A DNA stretch of 64,000 bases, from the NCBI RefSeq assembly GCF_009914755.1, contig NC_060931.1. The stretch is one strand, 5' to 3'. Shown here piece after piece: positions 41,440 through 57,300 of the stretch. Numbering within the stretch: position 1 is the first letter of the stretch; the number at the start of each line of letters is the position of its first letter. The notes beneath the pieces are model-generated. The model was given only the letters and a program-made list of their open reading frames with translations, ran no database searches and was not told where the DNA came from. The DNA is from the human T2T-CHM13v2.0 reference genome, Homo sapiens. Made by a program: the position numbers and the translations under genes.

Positions 41440-42380
41440 ATCTTTTCCTAGCCCACAGTCATCATTTCTCCTTCCTAATAATCCAATGTCTCCTCACCCT
41501 GCTGTGATTTGGTTTTCCTCCTACTGTACCCTCAAAGCTGCATCGACACAAGTTACCAGTAATGTCAATTGATTGAAAAACCTGATTTCCCTGCTCTCAT
41601 TTTGACTCCCCCACCCCCCACCCCAACGCTGACATCCAGGCCTTTAACAAGGCCTAGGGATTCTGCCTCCTTAAAACCTCTCTTATCCATACTTGACATT
41701 TGATTAATACTGCTATTCTTTGTTCATCTCTGATAGAGTGCTTAGATGTTGAAATAATAGTCTCTTTGCCCTCATTCTCCTTCCCTCTAATCCTTTCTCC
41801 ATATGCTCTCAGATTTTTTTGAAACATAATTTTATTTTTTCCCAGACTCTTCAGTGGTTCCTCATATTCCAAGACACTTTAGTGATTCCTCATATTCCAA
41901 GACACTTTAGTAATTCCTCATTACCTCTGTGACAAATCTAAATGCCTTAGCCTGGGTTACAAGCGCATTTGTGATATGACTTTTAGACTTCTCTTACTGA
42001 AACCCCTCTGGGATGCCAAGCCCCCACCATGCTGAAGAACTTAAGTCTTCCTACAGGCTGGGGTCCTGCCTTCTGCCCTCAGCTCATGCAGCCCCCTCCA
42101 TCAGTAGTTCCTTCGCCACCTCTGTGGCTGGTGAGCACCTGCTGTCTTTTAAGATTCAGCCACTTAAGAAATCACACCTGACATTTCCTTTCATCATCCC
42201 ATCTTGGTGCTGTCATAGCATTCACAACATTTCATTGCATGTTTACACGTTTATATATCTTTCTCTACTGGATTGCAAGCTCCAAAGAAGAGAGCCTTTC
42301 TCTCATCTCTGTGTCTTTGTGCCTAGTCAGTACCTGACACAATACAGGTAAGCAGTGAATAAACATTTAAATGAATAATG
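41440..42380 (+). mobile_element. L2 fragment containing a 28-bp tandem repeat x2.7 (41844-41921)
   Basis: L2 3' end cagtacctgacacaatacagg...gaataaacattt; agacactttagtgattcctcatattcca repeats. Confidence 0.65.
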
Positions 42381-42837
42381 AGGAAAAGAACCTGAGCGTC
42401 TCCATTTTAGGGGTTGAAAGATTGTGCAATGTGGCACTACGCTTTCTCTCTGGCTTTCTATTTCTTTGGAGCATGTTTAGCTTTTTCACATTCAGGAATA
42501 ATCAAGGACCTTATTGCTCATTTGCATCCCTTTGTATCACTGTCCCAAATATCTTCACATGATTATTCTTTGCCTTCTGTCATGATATCGTCTTTCAAAG
42601 AAACTCAGCTGTCTCTTAAGTCCTGTGGCAATGAAAGCAGCCCCACTGTATGCCCCCAGCCATCTCTTCACTGTTCCAAGCTAATCCCCAGCGTTGCCTA
42701 GCTACTCCAGGCAGCTTAGATACTGCATTGATGGGCACTGTGGGAATTATATATTTATTTCCCACAGAATTATTGAGCTCCTGCTGCGGGTAAAGTTGTT
42801 TATGTTTTCATGAGAAATATAGAAATGAGTGTCACAA

Positions 42838-43651
<814 letters not shown>

Positions 43652-46508
43652 AGAAATGAATGTCACAATCCTGCATTCATTGGAGCTGTTGAGGACTGGG
43701 GTAGCTGGGGAAAGACGGCAGAGCAGGATTATCAGTTACATATCCAGATGGCACGGTGGGGTGGTTGGAAGAGAAAGAGGGACAAAAAGTATTGAATGTT
43801 GGGTCATTTACATAGTAACTAGTTAAGGTTTTACATTCTGGGGTTTCATCTTGTCCTGGTAGTTTTAAGAGTCTATCTGGTCAAAGAGAAGATTAGAATT
43901 AAAAGCTCAGTTTCATTGTGGTAGATATGACAACCTTTCTTGGGTCTGGAAGTTCTGAGCAGGCCGCCAGATTGCCTGCAGTTGGGCATTCTAAAGGAAA
44001 GAGTAATTTTGAGTCTCAACTTCTTAAAAGCCACTTGCTTCTTAGATGGGACTCTGGGGCATCATTTGAATAGACCACAGTTATTCTTCCTGTTAGACCA
44101 TTCTGGCCCTTATTTGAATAAATGCTTTGAGCAAATTTCCTTATTTGAGCAAGCTTCTGTTAGGATAGACTTCTCCATCAGATAGTCCTCTGCCTGGCTG
44201 TCCTTTGTGTGGACACATGGGTAACACTGGCCTCACTTCCACAAGGGTTCTGTCCCAGAGCACTCTCTTGCCCTCAGAGGAGTGATGTGGTCAGTTGCTT
44301 TCCTCTATAGCTCTTTGAGTCTCTTGATTGCCTCTCTTCTTAACTAATATCTTGTCCAGTTATTGAATTTGCCCAACTCTGGACGGAACACACTTGAGAA
44401 GGCTTATTTAGGAAAGGAAGATTGCAGAAACTAGGTTATTTTTTCTTACACGGTTAGGCATATGTCCTTTGCAAGACCTCCAGTGTGGTTTTCTCTTATT
44501 GACCGGTAACTAACCAGCTGGAAAACATGAGGTCCTAAGGGGAAGATGTTTCTTCAGCGAGCCTTAAAAGTTTTTTAGAAAAGTTCTGCCTGGTTGGTAG
44601 AAATTGGAGATTTCCCTGCAGGGGCTAGTTATTTTCCTGTGAACTGACCTTTTGTAAAAGTGTTTTCACCAAAGTCTTGGCCTCTTTTAGGAGCACTGGT
44701 CTTATCAGAGCTTTTCCAAGTATTTAGGAAAGCTCTATGTTACTGAATTTTAAATATTAATATTCAGGACTACATCTTAAACTTATCTGTAGCTGTGTAT
44801 GTTTTTGGAGTAAGTTGATCCCTAAGGTAATAAAAATTTGGGACGCTTTGTTCATTGGTTCGGTGCTGTTTCTGTGATGTGGTTGATAATTGGGATCATT
44901 TGTCAGTCATCAGACTCTTTGGTGACTGGTATCTGATTTTATTTTTGGAGATTGGGGTGGGGGGTAGAAATGAGACATAAAATCAAGGTGAACTTGATAT
45001 TGTCATTGAGTGAATTGGGTTGGCCTCTGCTTTGAAGAGAGGGCATGATGTGAGCAAGTATCTGTTCATTTTTGCATCTTTAAGAACCCTTACTGAGGAT
45101 CAGTTCTCTAGAACCTCATGATTTATGTTATGTAACAGTACTGTTTTTATGACTACCAGCCCAACAGTTTGGTGGACCTGCCACCTTTTGATTGGTTTCT
45201 GGTTTCTTAGAAGTCATATGGATATTTTTCTTCTAGAAAAGCTTGTTGGGTGACTTCATGGAATAATTAGCATGGACCAAAAAGGTTAACAGAGGCTTCC
45301 TTTCAGGCCATCAGTTTACTCTTTTGCCTTTACTGTGTGTAGCATGAGTTCTGTGGTTTGAAGAGATTATAATAGACAATGTATGCATATTGTATATCAC
45401 TTTTCCCTTTTATACTTCACATTTTTTTCAGCATGTGAGCTCCTACTAATCATACGCTCCTTGAACACCTACCCCATCCCTCCCCATTTTGGTACTAAGG
45501 GAACTTGGGACATTAAACCAGGTCCAGACTATAAGTTCAAGTGCCAGTGGCCACTGTGCCAATGGCTTCAGAGGAGAATCTCCCTTTGTCTGAACCATCC
45601 CAGGAGTGATAGGATGGGGAGGGGCAAAACCACCCCTTTGTGTATTATCTTGAGATGACATGGAGACTCTGCTTCTACTGTGTGGATGTGTAGCTCAGTC
45701 CTCGTGTCTGTGCATGGAACGGTGAGAGGAAAGAATCACCATTATCAAGGTGATCCTTTGTCAGGGGCTGTTACTGGTGTCCTCCCAAGGATGTTGGGAC
45801 CTGTAAAGGCTTCAGACTAGAGCAGAAGTAGAAGAAGAGCCATTTTGGGGGATATCTTCTTACTATTGCTGATCTTTAAAGAGGGGAGTGGAGATGACTT
45901 AAATAAGGCTCACTTGAGCAGGGGATTCACTCTGAAATAAGAACACTAGAATCATGTCCCTCCTCCAACAATGGCTTTAACTGGTTTCAGGCTAGTTTAA
46001 TAGGCAGTGAAACTGTTTTAGAAACTGGAAAGAGGCGGAGAAATGGAGGTGGTAGTTGTTATTTATGACTTCCCTCTGCCTAGGTGGGTTCCTGGAGCCT
46101 GGACTTCCCATTTGAAGGAGTGGGTTGATATATATACAGCATTTAGAGCAGTGGCTGGCACATGGTATGTGCTATAAAAGCATTGGCAAATGTTATTCAC
46201 AAAGTAAGCTATAACTCTGAACAGACAGTGATAGGGAAAAAGTCCTGCTGCCAGTGTCTGGAAAACTCTGAGGCCTGTTTTTAGTGTCTGTGTTAGTTAA
46301 ACCAACTGCTGGACCCTCCTTTTTTTATGAGCCCCCTAAGTGTGCGATCTGCATTGTGTGCATTTCATTTTTATATTCTCAAGGTCCAGCGCAGGGCCAG
46401 GACCATGGTAGGTACTCAGACATTTACTGAAGGTATGAAGTTGCTTGAATGCTGATTGGCATCTGAAACTAGGCAGTTCTCATGTGACATATTTGTTTTG
46501 TCTTTCAG

Positions 46509-46629
46509 CCCTGGGCATTTCCAGCTCGAGAGTTCCTTCGAAAGAAGCTGATTGGGAAGGAAGTCTGTTTCACGATAGAAAACAAGACTCCCCAGGGGCG
46601 AGAGTATGGCATGATCTACCTTGGAAAAG
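46509..46629 (+). CDS. SND1: SND1 exon 3 ([17 protein letters not shown]...YLGK), 121 nt
   Basis: tctttcag|CCC; AAG|gtgagc; SNase-fold motif (E)[14 protein letters not shown]. Confidence 0.98.
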
Positions 46630-47230
46630 GTGAGCTGCAGGGAGAGGACTCATTTCTCTCAAGTCTAAAGTTCTGTTAAAGATCAGTTTTCTTGTGGTGG
46701 AAGGCCAGTGTGGGTTCTGGTGGAGGAAGCTCTAGGACAGTTGGCTGAAGGCATAAATGCAAATGCTTTGGGCCCTGAGCACAGGGAATATATGTGTACA
46801 GAGGCATGCCCCCGGTGTTCCTGTTCCTTGTGTACCCCTTTTCCTGCTTTGGTTTAGGTGCATGTAGTATAGAGTTGCATTCTTCCTCATGTTTAGGCCA
46901 TTCACTCATGGAACTCAATGGCTCTGTGCTTCTAGGTCAGAATGCTAATTGAATTTCTATAGATTTCCTTTTGTATCTTCTATTTCTTTTATCTATCTTG
47001 TGGCTTTTCTTCTCTTGGGAACTCTTTTGGAAAGGAAGATTTGTTGAGGGCCTGTGGTTTTTTGCAGCCTACATGTTTTTAATGGAATGGAAGGAGCACA
47101 GATGTCGGGGTTGCATAGATGTAGGTTAGAATTCTGATTTCCTACCATGTGCCCTTACTTAACCCTTAACCTCTGTAAGCCCTAGTTTCTTCATTTGTAA
47201 GTTATTGAGAGAGTTGAAAGAGATAGTATA

Positions 47231-47519
47231 GGCCAGGCACCGTGGCTCACACCTGTAATCCCAGCACTTTGGGAGTGTGAGGCAGGAGGATCTCTTAAGC
47301 ACAAGAGTTCGAGACCAGCCTGGGGCAACATGGTAAAACCCCGTTTCTATGGAAAAATTAGCCAGGCGTGGTGGCGCACGCCTGTAGTCGTAGCTACTCG
47401 GGAGGCTGAGGTGGGAGAATCACCTGAGTCTGGGAGGTCAAGTCTGTGGTGAGCCATGATCATGCCACTGCACTCTAGCCTGAGTGACTGAGTGAGATCC
47501 TGGTCAAAAAACAAAAAAA
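47231..47519 (+). mobile_element. Alu (J-like) inserted in a MIR
   Basis: TSD ATAGTAT; MIR core to the left. Confidence 0.9.
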
Positions 47520-50500
47520 TAGTATATGTAAAGCACCTCACTCTGGATATTTGTGTGTGTGCATATTGTATAGCTGGGCCAGATGCTTCATGGGATATTA
47601 GATGTTCTGGGCTTTTTGGATTAGGTAGTAAGAGAATAAGATTGAGGAATGGAGTTGGAACAGAAATAGGATGTTGAAAGAGGAATTGGTAGGATGTTCT
47701 CCAGAAAGCAGCCAGATGAACATGAAGTTATGTTCATTGAACTATTTGTGGAGCAGAATTTTTTTTAAGTTTCCTTTGATTCTTTGATTAAAAACCTTTC
47801 AGATAGCTCATGTAACGGAGTTGATTTGGATAATCTATTTGAGTTGGATAGTCAGTGCTAGCAATAAGCAAGCAGGGTAGAATGACAGTGCTAACAGTAT
47901 TCTGCTAAGACTCTGTTTTTAATGATAGAGGTCTCAGAAAAATGAGTTGAGAATGACCTTTGAGGCATCTTGTTCGATTTCCTACCTAGTAGAGAAATAC
48001 CTCTTTTTAGTCTCCCAGAAAACGGCTACCTGCTTCTTATTTGAATGAGAAATTATAGAAACCTAAGGCCTCTTTTCAAAAAGGGAAATAAGTTTGCTTT
48101 TTACCCGTAATTCTTATAATATAGTAAGAAACAAAACGCTTAAAGATAATTATTGAGTGGTTACTGGTTAGAAAGAATGTAAGAGGAAAAGAAGTGTACT
48201 ATCTTCAAAATGCAATTGTTAAGGATTTCATTACCTAAAAAATTTCAATTCCATAATAGCTGATCAGTCTTCTGTTACCCCACAAGAGACCTTACCGGAC
48301 CACAGATAATTGTGGGCACAGATATTTCTATATGTAGAGCACCCCTAAGAGTTCATTTTAATACCCTTGGTCTTCAGCCAAAATGGCCAAATTGTTTATT
48401 TTAAGAGAAGCTGATATTTTAAATTATCTGTAGAGTTGTTTTTTAAAAGTTTACTTTTTAAACTGACTCACATTACAAACTGGATATAATTTAATTTAGT
48501 ATGTTAACACATTAGTGTTTAGAATAAGAACTGGCACATAGGTGATCAATAAATATGTACTTAAAGAATGGTTGGAATTGCTTATAATCTTTCCATTTTA
48601 AAGATAAAGAAATAGTTTAATGTTTAATATTTTCACTAAGGTATTTTAACTAACTCTTAATGCCAATTCTATTATAATGAAAGAAAACAGTGGCTTAGAT
48701 AATTAGCATTTGTGTTTATTTTATTGCTACCCACTTTTTTTTATGATGGGAGAGAATGGTAAAATTTGAGACTTTGTGGTTAACCTAGAACTTATTGAAG
48801 AGATGATTAGTTTTCTGGCTTTTGAAGACAATATAATCACCCACCTGCTCTGAATACTGTCTCCAGATGTGACTTGGTCAAATTCAGAATTTGATAAGTA
48901 AGGAGCAAGAATAAGATCCTTGGCCTACAAATTCCTGTTTCACTTTCCTATCATCCACATTTCGTTGCCTCCGTTGAGGGTTCACCCCAGGGGAAGATAC
49001 TTTTCTCCTTTTTGCAGGCGCATTCAGAACTCACTTTTTAGAAGTGGGCCATTTCAGCAAGCTATGTGCCAAGAAAATGTCTGACTTATCGGGTGTGCTG
49101 TTGATCAGCCCATTTTATGGTCACTCACCTTGTTTGTACCTGGGCTTCGTTCTTTCCACCCCCAGATCTCCTGGCACTTCACTGCTCAATTTTCCCTTAA
49201 TCGTTGAGTCCTTCCTTTTGACTTTTCACTCTTTGGGATTCCTGTTGCTTGGAAGAACCAATGCAAAATTTACTAATGTGTCTTTGGCTGGCCTCAGCAG
49301 TAACCTCAACAGAAAGGGTCAGGTGATCCACACTCACCCTCGGAACCTGAACCTTCTTTGTATAAACTTCTCAGTTCAACTTTTCTTGGTAGGAAAAGAG
49401 GCTTAAGATTTGCCCCTGCAGAAATTTGGGCATGATAATGGCGAGGCAATTAGGTTGGGCTTGTGGGGCGGTGTATGTACCTGTTACTGCTTGCAGAGGT
49501 CGATGTGTAGTGTGCCGAATGTAAATCTTACAGAATTTTATTATTTGCTGACATTACCTATCAGTTAGACTGCTGTGTTTCAGATTATCTTGGAGCTTGT
49601 TCTCTGCCATATTAAAGATTTTTATGTGATTATTCCCTCATAGATGTCTTCCTTTATGGTTTTGGCCGACAAGCAGAGATTTAAGAGAAAACACTGAGCC
49701 TGAAAGCTTTTTCAATAGCCTCGAACTACAATTAATATTTCAAGTGCCTGGGTAGAACCTAATCAGATTGGATTTTATGTTTAACTTTATTTTTCTTGCT
49801 AGGTCTGATGGCTGCTTTGTGAGAGATGAGAAATCTAGCCTGTGTTCTCTCAGTATCCCTATGAGAGCAAGAGAAAGTCTTTGTCAAATGGTGTAGCTTG
49901 TCTTGGTGTCCTCTTGGAGCAGAGAATAGGACATCCCTGAGAGGAATTGGACTTTCTGGCATAACGTGTGATAGCCAGCCCTAAATGAATCCGTCTCTCT
50001 GATCGTACACGGTGAAGGGACTAACTTTTTCTAATTCTTGCCATGCGCTTGGCACTGTGCTTGGTGATTTACACACATTACTATTTAATTCTCACAAGAA
50101 CCCATCAAGGCAAGTGCTCTCCCCACTTTAGAGATGAGTAAATTAAGATGCTGGGAGAGCTTGTCGAAGCTATTAAGCAGCTGGATTTGTGTTCAGCTCC
50201 AGGCTTCTATTCCTCCAGTCACCACTTTATACTCTCTTGAGCTGCCAGCTGTGTGTGTCTTGCTTTCTTGTCCGTCTCCCATGGTTCCTGAGATTGCGTT
50301 TGGCCTGGAAGATACACTAGAAAATTAAAAACAAAGTCCTGAGAAGAAGATTGATAGAACTTTGGGTCCTAGAGACTAGATATTATGGGAAAAGAGGTTT
50401 TCTGAAAAACCCAATGCTACATTGCTGCTGTGTCCATTTCTCTGGCAGCATTATTCTCCTTGAGGAGCTAAGTGTGAAAGTGGTCCCATTTGGGCTCTGT

Positions 50501-50555
50501 TGCTGTTGGAGGCAGGTTTGAATCTTGTTTTTAAATCCCCCCTTTTCCTCCTCAG

Positions 50556-50634
50556 ATACCAATGGGGAAAACATTGCAGAATCACTGGTTGCAGAGGGCT
50601 TAGCCACCCGGAGAGAAGGCATGAGAGCTAATAA
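50556..50634 (+). CDS. SND1: SND1 exon 4 ([26 protein letters not shown]), 79 nt
   Basis: ttcctcctcag|AT; AA|gtaagt; [12 protein letters not shown] SNase motif. Confidence 0.98.
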
Positions 50635-52843
50635 GTAAGTATTCATTACTCCGCTGTCTCTCTGACAGCGGTAAATTGGCTTTGCTGCATTTTTCATTCT
50701 TGCCCCCAGACATGGGTAACTGCAGGGGCTTTCACACCTTCGCGGACATTCTTGCCCAGGTATGGATTATTCTGAGCTAGGAAGTCACTCAGCATTCACT
50801 AATGGTGTTTGAGGTATATGACTCTTTTAAACACAGGCTTTGAGACTAGGCAATTCTATTCTTCATATTCATAAGAGTCAACAAGTCTTAGACTAGATAT
50901 TCAGTTCCAGAGTGTTTACCTGTCTGTCTAGCGAGTCCCAAATATTTATTGAGCACTTACTATGTGCCAGGCAGTTTTCTAGGCACTGAGAATATAGTGT
51001 GAATAGACTTAGCTTCTGCTGACGTTTTAATGGGGAGACAGTCAGTAAACAAGTAGATATACAGTCAGTGCAAGGAATAAGTGCAGTCAAAATTAAGGGG
51101 GTGAATAAATAGAATACAAAGCAAAATCTGTTGTTTAGAATCTGGAGAAACTGACAAGGCCTCACTTGTTCTGTTTTCAGAGTCAGGAAAAATTTATATC
51201 TCTTCAAAGTCTTTCAAGTCTGTGTTGTTTATGTATCTGTAGTTGCTTAATAGGTAAAATGTATTTGTTTAGCCAATGGCAATGTGAACCTGTTAGAAAG
51301 GGGTTGTGTGTATGTCAGGTTTATAGTATGTATATCATGTTCAAGTTCACTAGTGTTGGCTGTCAGTAGGATGGATTGCAGCTGGTTTTCATTAACATTT
51401 TAGTCTCTGAAAAGTGCTACATCTATAATTTGGAGGCTATAATAATGCTGTTTTATATCATTAAGTCCCTGCTCTCTTATATGACTGTCATAGCTGTAGG
51501 AAAGGCTTTAGAGAAACATTTGCATGAGGTATACCAATGATGAGGATGAGCAAAGGCAAAAATGCGCCTTTTGCATTCTTTCTACCTTCACAGACATAGG
51601 GGCCAGGTCTTTCACCATAGACTTGTGTGGTCCTTTCTGACTGCAAGGAGACATTTGCTGGACTCTATAATTGGGGTGTGCCAGTGGGAATTTGTTGAAT
51701 TAAGATACTTGTTTTGGTGGTGTTTTTGGACGTATGCCAAATTTGTATCTTAAGGACAATTACTGGCTTGATTACCATTTCAGTATTTTGGGGGAATTCA
51801 GTTTGCAATTGGAATGAATAATAAAAAAATCTCACAGCAGGACTGGACCATCTCAACAAATAAATCTCCCCTGGAGTACCAGTCCTTTTTCCTCCAAAAT
51901 TGTTTTGACTTCAAGTCACTTTTTCCCAGTTTTGTGTTTGGTTCAATCTCTTACACTACATTTCTTCATCTAATTTTGACTGTGAATTTGGATCCCTGAG
52001 GGTGTGGTTGCCTTTTGGGGTAGGGAAGAGAGGTGAAGACTTCTGGCTTGAGAAATTGGTAGGTCATCCTTGCTTAGGAGTCCCTCCTGCTGAAGATGAG
52101 AAGAGATTCAGTTTATGCATACAGCCGTTGATGGCACCGAGTGTCTGAGATTATGCAAAAGCCATGCAGTTCCATGCTGCCTTTAGCTCAGATATAACAG
52201 AGAAAGAGGAGCCATTTCTAGCCTTTTTAAAAAAACTTGATTTGATTTGTCTACTGATATTTTGGCTGCTCTAGTACATAGTTTGGTTTCTTGCCTGATG
52301 AAGGAGGAGGCTTCCATTTTCAAGCTGCTTTTGTCTAGCTTGCCTTATTGAATGTGTAAGTAGTTGGGGGGTAACATTATCTGTGATAGCAGTGTTCATT
52401 CCACATTCCTCAGCCTTGTTCTGTAAACTGAGAGAGAGAAAGAGTGGTTCTTAGTCGGCTTCTCTGCACTACCGAGCTGTGCCTGGGATTCCAGTTCCTG
52501 AATCCGGGATGGTTAAATGAAGCTCTACCACCTGGAGCAACTCTGAGCCACTAACTTGTTCTCTTCTGATCAGTGATGGTGGCAGTACTGAGATGTGTGT
52601 TCTTTAGATCGTCTCATTAAATACTCTTAGTATTTAACCTTTTGTTTGAAAGGACAAGTTTGGAATCTAGAAATTGCAATCATGGTGATTTTCTGGTTAT
52701 AGGCTTGGGTCTTAAGCCATAGATCTGAAACAGACCTTTGTTGTCTTCAAGGGGTGAAGATGCTGAAGAAAACCTATATCAGAGAGCCTCGTATTTCTGT
52801 TTGTGAACTCACTAACCACTCTTGTTTATTTTTTATGTCCCAG

Positions 52844-53004
52844 TCCTGAGCAGAACCGGCTTTCAGAATGTGAAGAACAAGCAAAGGCAGCCAAGAAAGG
52901 GATGTGGAGTGAGGGGAACGGTTCACATACTATCCGGGATCTCAAGTATACCATTGAAAACCCAAGGCACTTTGTGGACTCACACCACCAGAAGCCTGTT
53001 AATG
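52844..53004 (+). CDS. SND1: SND1 exon 5 ([22 protein letters not shown]...KPVN), 161 nt
   Basis: Branch point CACTAAC 52810-52816, cccag|T; ATG|gtgagg; AKAAKKGMW SNase C-terminal motif. Confidence 0.98.
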
Positions 53005-53356
53005 GTGAGGCTGGTGGGAACAGACAGATACGACTCAGGGTGATTTCTTTCTGTTTGCACTCTTTGCTTCTTGAGGTTTGTAAAATCTAGTAAGCCTTTC
53101 TTATACTTATTTAGTATCCATGGGAAATCCTTAAGGTTAAAACAGCACCTTAGTATTTCAGAAGGGAATTTGGACTCAGTTCATGTAAATCACATCAGAT
53201 ACATTCTGCAGAAGCTAGTCCTGTGCTGTTGCAGGGTAGTAAATTGCTGGTATTTTGCACATTGATTGTGTTCTGTTCTCTAAAAGAAGGCTACTTAAAT
53301 ACCAACCCTAAAACTTAAAGGTAGCAAAATGTATTCTGTATACATCTAAACAGATA

Positions 53357-53703
53357 CGGTCATGCTTCATTGGGGATTGGTTCCAGGACCCTATCCCGCT
53401 CTTCCTCCCGGGAATACCAGAATCAAAGATGCTCGAGTCCTTTATATAAAATGGTGCAGTATTTGCCTATAACCCACTCACATCCTCTCATATACTTTAA
53501 ATCATTGCTAGATTACTTACAATACCTATTATAGTGCCTATACACCACTTCATCTGTGTGGACTCAACATAATACTTGGTGTGTGGCAAATTCATGTTTT
53601 GCTTTTTGGAACTTTGTGGAATTTTTCTTTTTTCTGAATATTTTTGACCTGTGGTTGGTTGACTCCATGAATGTGAAACCTATGGATATAGAGGGCTGAC
53701 TGT
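53357..53703. mobile_element. MER2-type Tigger element
   Basis: ggggattggttccaggaccc...gagggctgactgta. Confidence 0.8.
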
Positions 53704-54115
53704 ATGTGTATTTATATGCTATATAGTTTTTGGCCCGGTTTTGAGACCTTGCTAACTGCAGACTCTGTAAAATAAGATTTTTACCAATCTTAAGTTACTA
53801 ATTATTTTTTGTTGGGTACCTGGTACTCAGGTGAGAATCCTAGCTTATGGATAACAAACCTTCAGTGTGAGCCATGAGGTCCCAGACAGTTCAGAAGACA
53901 GAGAAGCAGGTCTAATCTGCATTCTCCAGGAATCATTTATGCAAGAGTCTGTTATGTAAACTCTCATGATCTGCAAGTGCATCCTTACTTTTCAGAGGGA
54001 GGCTTTCTCAGGGTTTTTGGGGAGAGGAAACTGTGTTAAGTGCAGTTTGATTGGGCAGTGTTTATCCTTGTTAGGATGTTTGCTAAGGACTTAAGCTGTT
54101 TATTCTGTCACACAG

Positions 54116-54207
54116 CTATCATCGAGCATGTGCGGGACGGCAGTGTGGTCAGGGCCCTGCTCCTCCCAGATTACTACCTGGTTACAGTCATGCTGTCAGG
54201 CATCAAG
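54116..54207 (+). CDS. SND1: SND1 exon 6 ([31 protein letters not shown]), 92 nt
   Basis: cacag|CT; AAG|gtcaga; start of SN2. Confidence 0.97.
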
Positions 54208-54845
54208 GTCAGACCATACTCTTGGCTACGTGGTGGGTTTAGAGTGTGTGGATGTTCAGTGATGGATTCTTCTACTTGGGGACTTCGGATCTGCTGTTTC
54301 TTCCTAATGTGGGCCATTAACATTGACTTTATACTTGTTTTAGTTTAAACTTTGTAGTACGACAGTTCTAATTGGATCAAATTATTTATTTATTTTTTAA
54401 AGTATTCTGGGTCTAGAATGGGCTGTGCTTAGGGTTGTTAAGTATGTAAACCTAGAGAAATGGAACAATGAGAGGCTATGAAGTTTGCTGAATATGGCTT
54501 GCATTAAGCATTAATGTAAAACATTCATTTTGGTTTTTAAAAAATCAGAGATTAAAAGCTGAGCACTGGCAAGTCTTTTTTTGGTAAGGGGCCACTTTTT
54601 ACTGTAATTAAAATTATTGTCCTCACGATAATGTGAGTTTTATTGTCTACCTTTGCCAAGAAGTCTGAGATGATGATATTTCCAGTCCCTTTTTACCAGT
54701 GTGTTTTAAATTAGAAGGACTGATTTAAGACCTTCCTGAGTTTAGCTTCGTGGCATGTGTGTTTTTTGGAAGGCTTAGTGTGGGGCGAGAGTGCCTAGCA
54801 CTCACATTTAGGCTGCATTACTCACCTACCTTGCCTTTGCTTTAG

Positions 54846-55004
54846 TGCCCAACTTTTCGACGGGAAGCAGATGGCAGTGAAACTCCAGAGCCTTTTGCTG
54901 CAGAAGCCAAATTTTTCACTGAGTCGCGACTGCTTCAGAGAGATGTTCAGATCATTCTGGAGAGCTGCCACAACCAGAACATTCTGGGTACCATCCTTCA
55001 TCCA
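54846..55004 (+). CDS. SND1: SND1 exon 7 ([10 protein letters not shown]...GTILHP), 159 nt, phase 0-0
   Basis: ctttgctttag|TGC; CCA|gtgagt; [10 protein letters not shown] motif. Confidence 0.98.
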
Positions 55005-55112
55005 GTGAGTGTGTCTGTGCAGACTGGGTGGTGATGGGCTAGGGATGCATTTGGGGTTTGAAGAATAGGGGTTTGCTTCTCTTTCTCTGTATTTAACATC
55101 CATTAAGATATT

Positions 55113-55412
<300 letters not shown>

Positions 55413-56519
55413 TTATTATTAATATCTGCTGATTTTTGAGGCATTTTCTAGGGAGTTATCATTTGTCTTACAGAATTGGACAATTTTCTCACCTTTAGGA
55501 AATTAATCTCAAGTGTTATTGGGTTCATAAGAAGAGGAACTTGATCACATATTTATCTAACTGTTTGGTCCTAGGGGTTGCTACATTCATTAGAAGTAGA
55601 ACTGAAATTTGTAGAATAGGGTTGATGAGGTCTAGAAGTCAGCTAGCTGAAGTATTGGTAGATCAATGATGAGGAAACTGAGGTATGGAAAAATTATGTT
55701 TTGTATTCCAGGCTTTATCCAGCTACCTCCTAACTCTGCTTTTAGCAGGGAGTAGGTTCTTTATGTTCTTATAGTTCCGATTCTTGGATGTTTTACCTTA
55801 TTGTGCACTTTGATAGTTGGGTTATTCTTAGATGTAAGATGGCCTTCTTTTTAACACCTGAAATTGAATGGATTTTCATTATTTTAACCTGTGTCCAATA
55901 CAGAGCTAAGCTACTTACTCTTTGGCTAGATAATTCTTCCATGATGGCAGTTGTGGAAGGTTGAAAGGCTTGGTTTGGGGTGTGCCAAGGTCATGTCTGT
56001 TTCTTCTGGAGTGCTGTCTGGCTGTGCCCTGCCAGATGGCTCTGTGTTACAGTACAGTGTGAATTTTAATTCACTGGGCAAAATGTAGCTTCCGTTATTC
56101 CCTGCTCAGCCTGTTCTTCAGCTCTTATGAAAGGGGGAGGAAGTGCTGATCTTAAGGGAGGGAAGAATAAGGTGTAATCTCTATTAAAGATTAACATCCT
56201 CCTCTGCCCACAAGAAGAGCTATTGAAATGTCAATTCCATTCAGTGCCACTAGCATTTATCCTACTCCTATTAAGTGAGTTATTATGGTGGATATTGTGG
56301 GGATACGAAGCCAAGGCTATTGAAAGGAGTCTCAGAGTGGCATCTCTCCCATCTTAGGAGTGGTTTCGTAGTGAGAGAAGCTACTCTACTGTAAACAAAC
56401 AAACAAACAAACTGCAGACTAGTTTGTGACTGTGTTAATTGTGTCAGAAGTCTAGAGAAATGGATTCTTTTACAACAGAGTCTAATCCGTGCCTGCCTCT
56501 CATGTACCTTGTTTTTCAG

Positions 56520-56626
56520 AATGGCAACATCACAGAGCTCCTCCTGAAGGAAGGTTTCGCACGCTGTGTGGACTGGTCGATTGCAGTTTACACCCGGGGC
56601 GCAGAAAAGCTGAGGGCGGCAGAGAG
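56520..56626 (+). CDS. SND1: SND1 exon 8 ([19 protein letters not shown]...AAER), 107 nt
   Basis: gtttttcag|AAT; GAG|gtaagg. Confidence 0.98.
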
Positions 56627-57252
56627 GTAAGGTCTGTCCAAGAGGCCTTCCAGCTGTGGATCTTGTTAAGGATCTTTAGGGAAAGAAATCTGGTGATTTG
56701 CTCACACCCCTGTGTGTCAGTGTTCATTTTACTTCAGTAAAGGAGTAGGGCAGTTCCTTATAGAGGAGTGACTTAAATATTGGTCTTCAGGTTCAGTCTA
56801 ATTGAATGCTGGATGGTAAGGACTTACAGTTTTCACTTAGACATTATTCTTCACTTGATTTGCTTTTTTAATGTTTTCAGGTCATTTTTTTCCCAAGCCC
56901 CTTGCTTAAGTTCTGGGTTTTAGACATTTGGAATGTAATAAACTTGAAGCTTATTTGAGAAAGATGAAATTGCTTATTAGCTGCTCCCAAACAGACAGAC
57001 AAGAGCAGGGGTATGATGGAAAGACAGAGCCTGTAGGTTTTAAACCAGGACCATTCAATATTGTTGTGAGGCCTATGCCCTAACTTATTTAAAAGTGTGT
57101 TTCAGTTATAAACACTAATATAACTCTGAGACGTTATTGGTGTGTTTTTGACTTGTTGGCTATCGTTAAAGCAGATATAGGAATAACTTGTTTCTAGAAA
57201 ACTGCATGTAGAAATTCCAAATATTAGTCGACATTTCAACTGTCAGCGTCAA

Positions 57253-57300
57253 GATGTAGATGTAGATGTAGATGTAGATGTAGATGTAGATGTAGATGTA
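57253..57300 (+). repeat. (GATGTA)8 perfect hexanucleotide microsatellite
   Basis: Direct count. Confidence 0.95.
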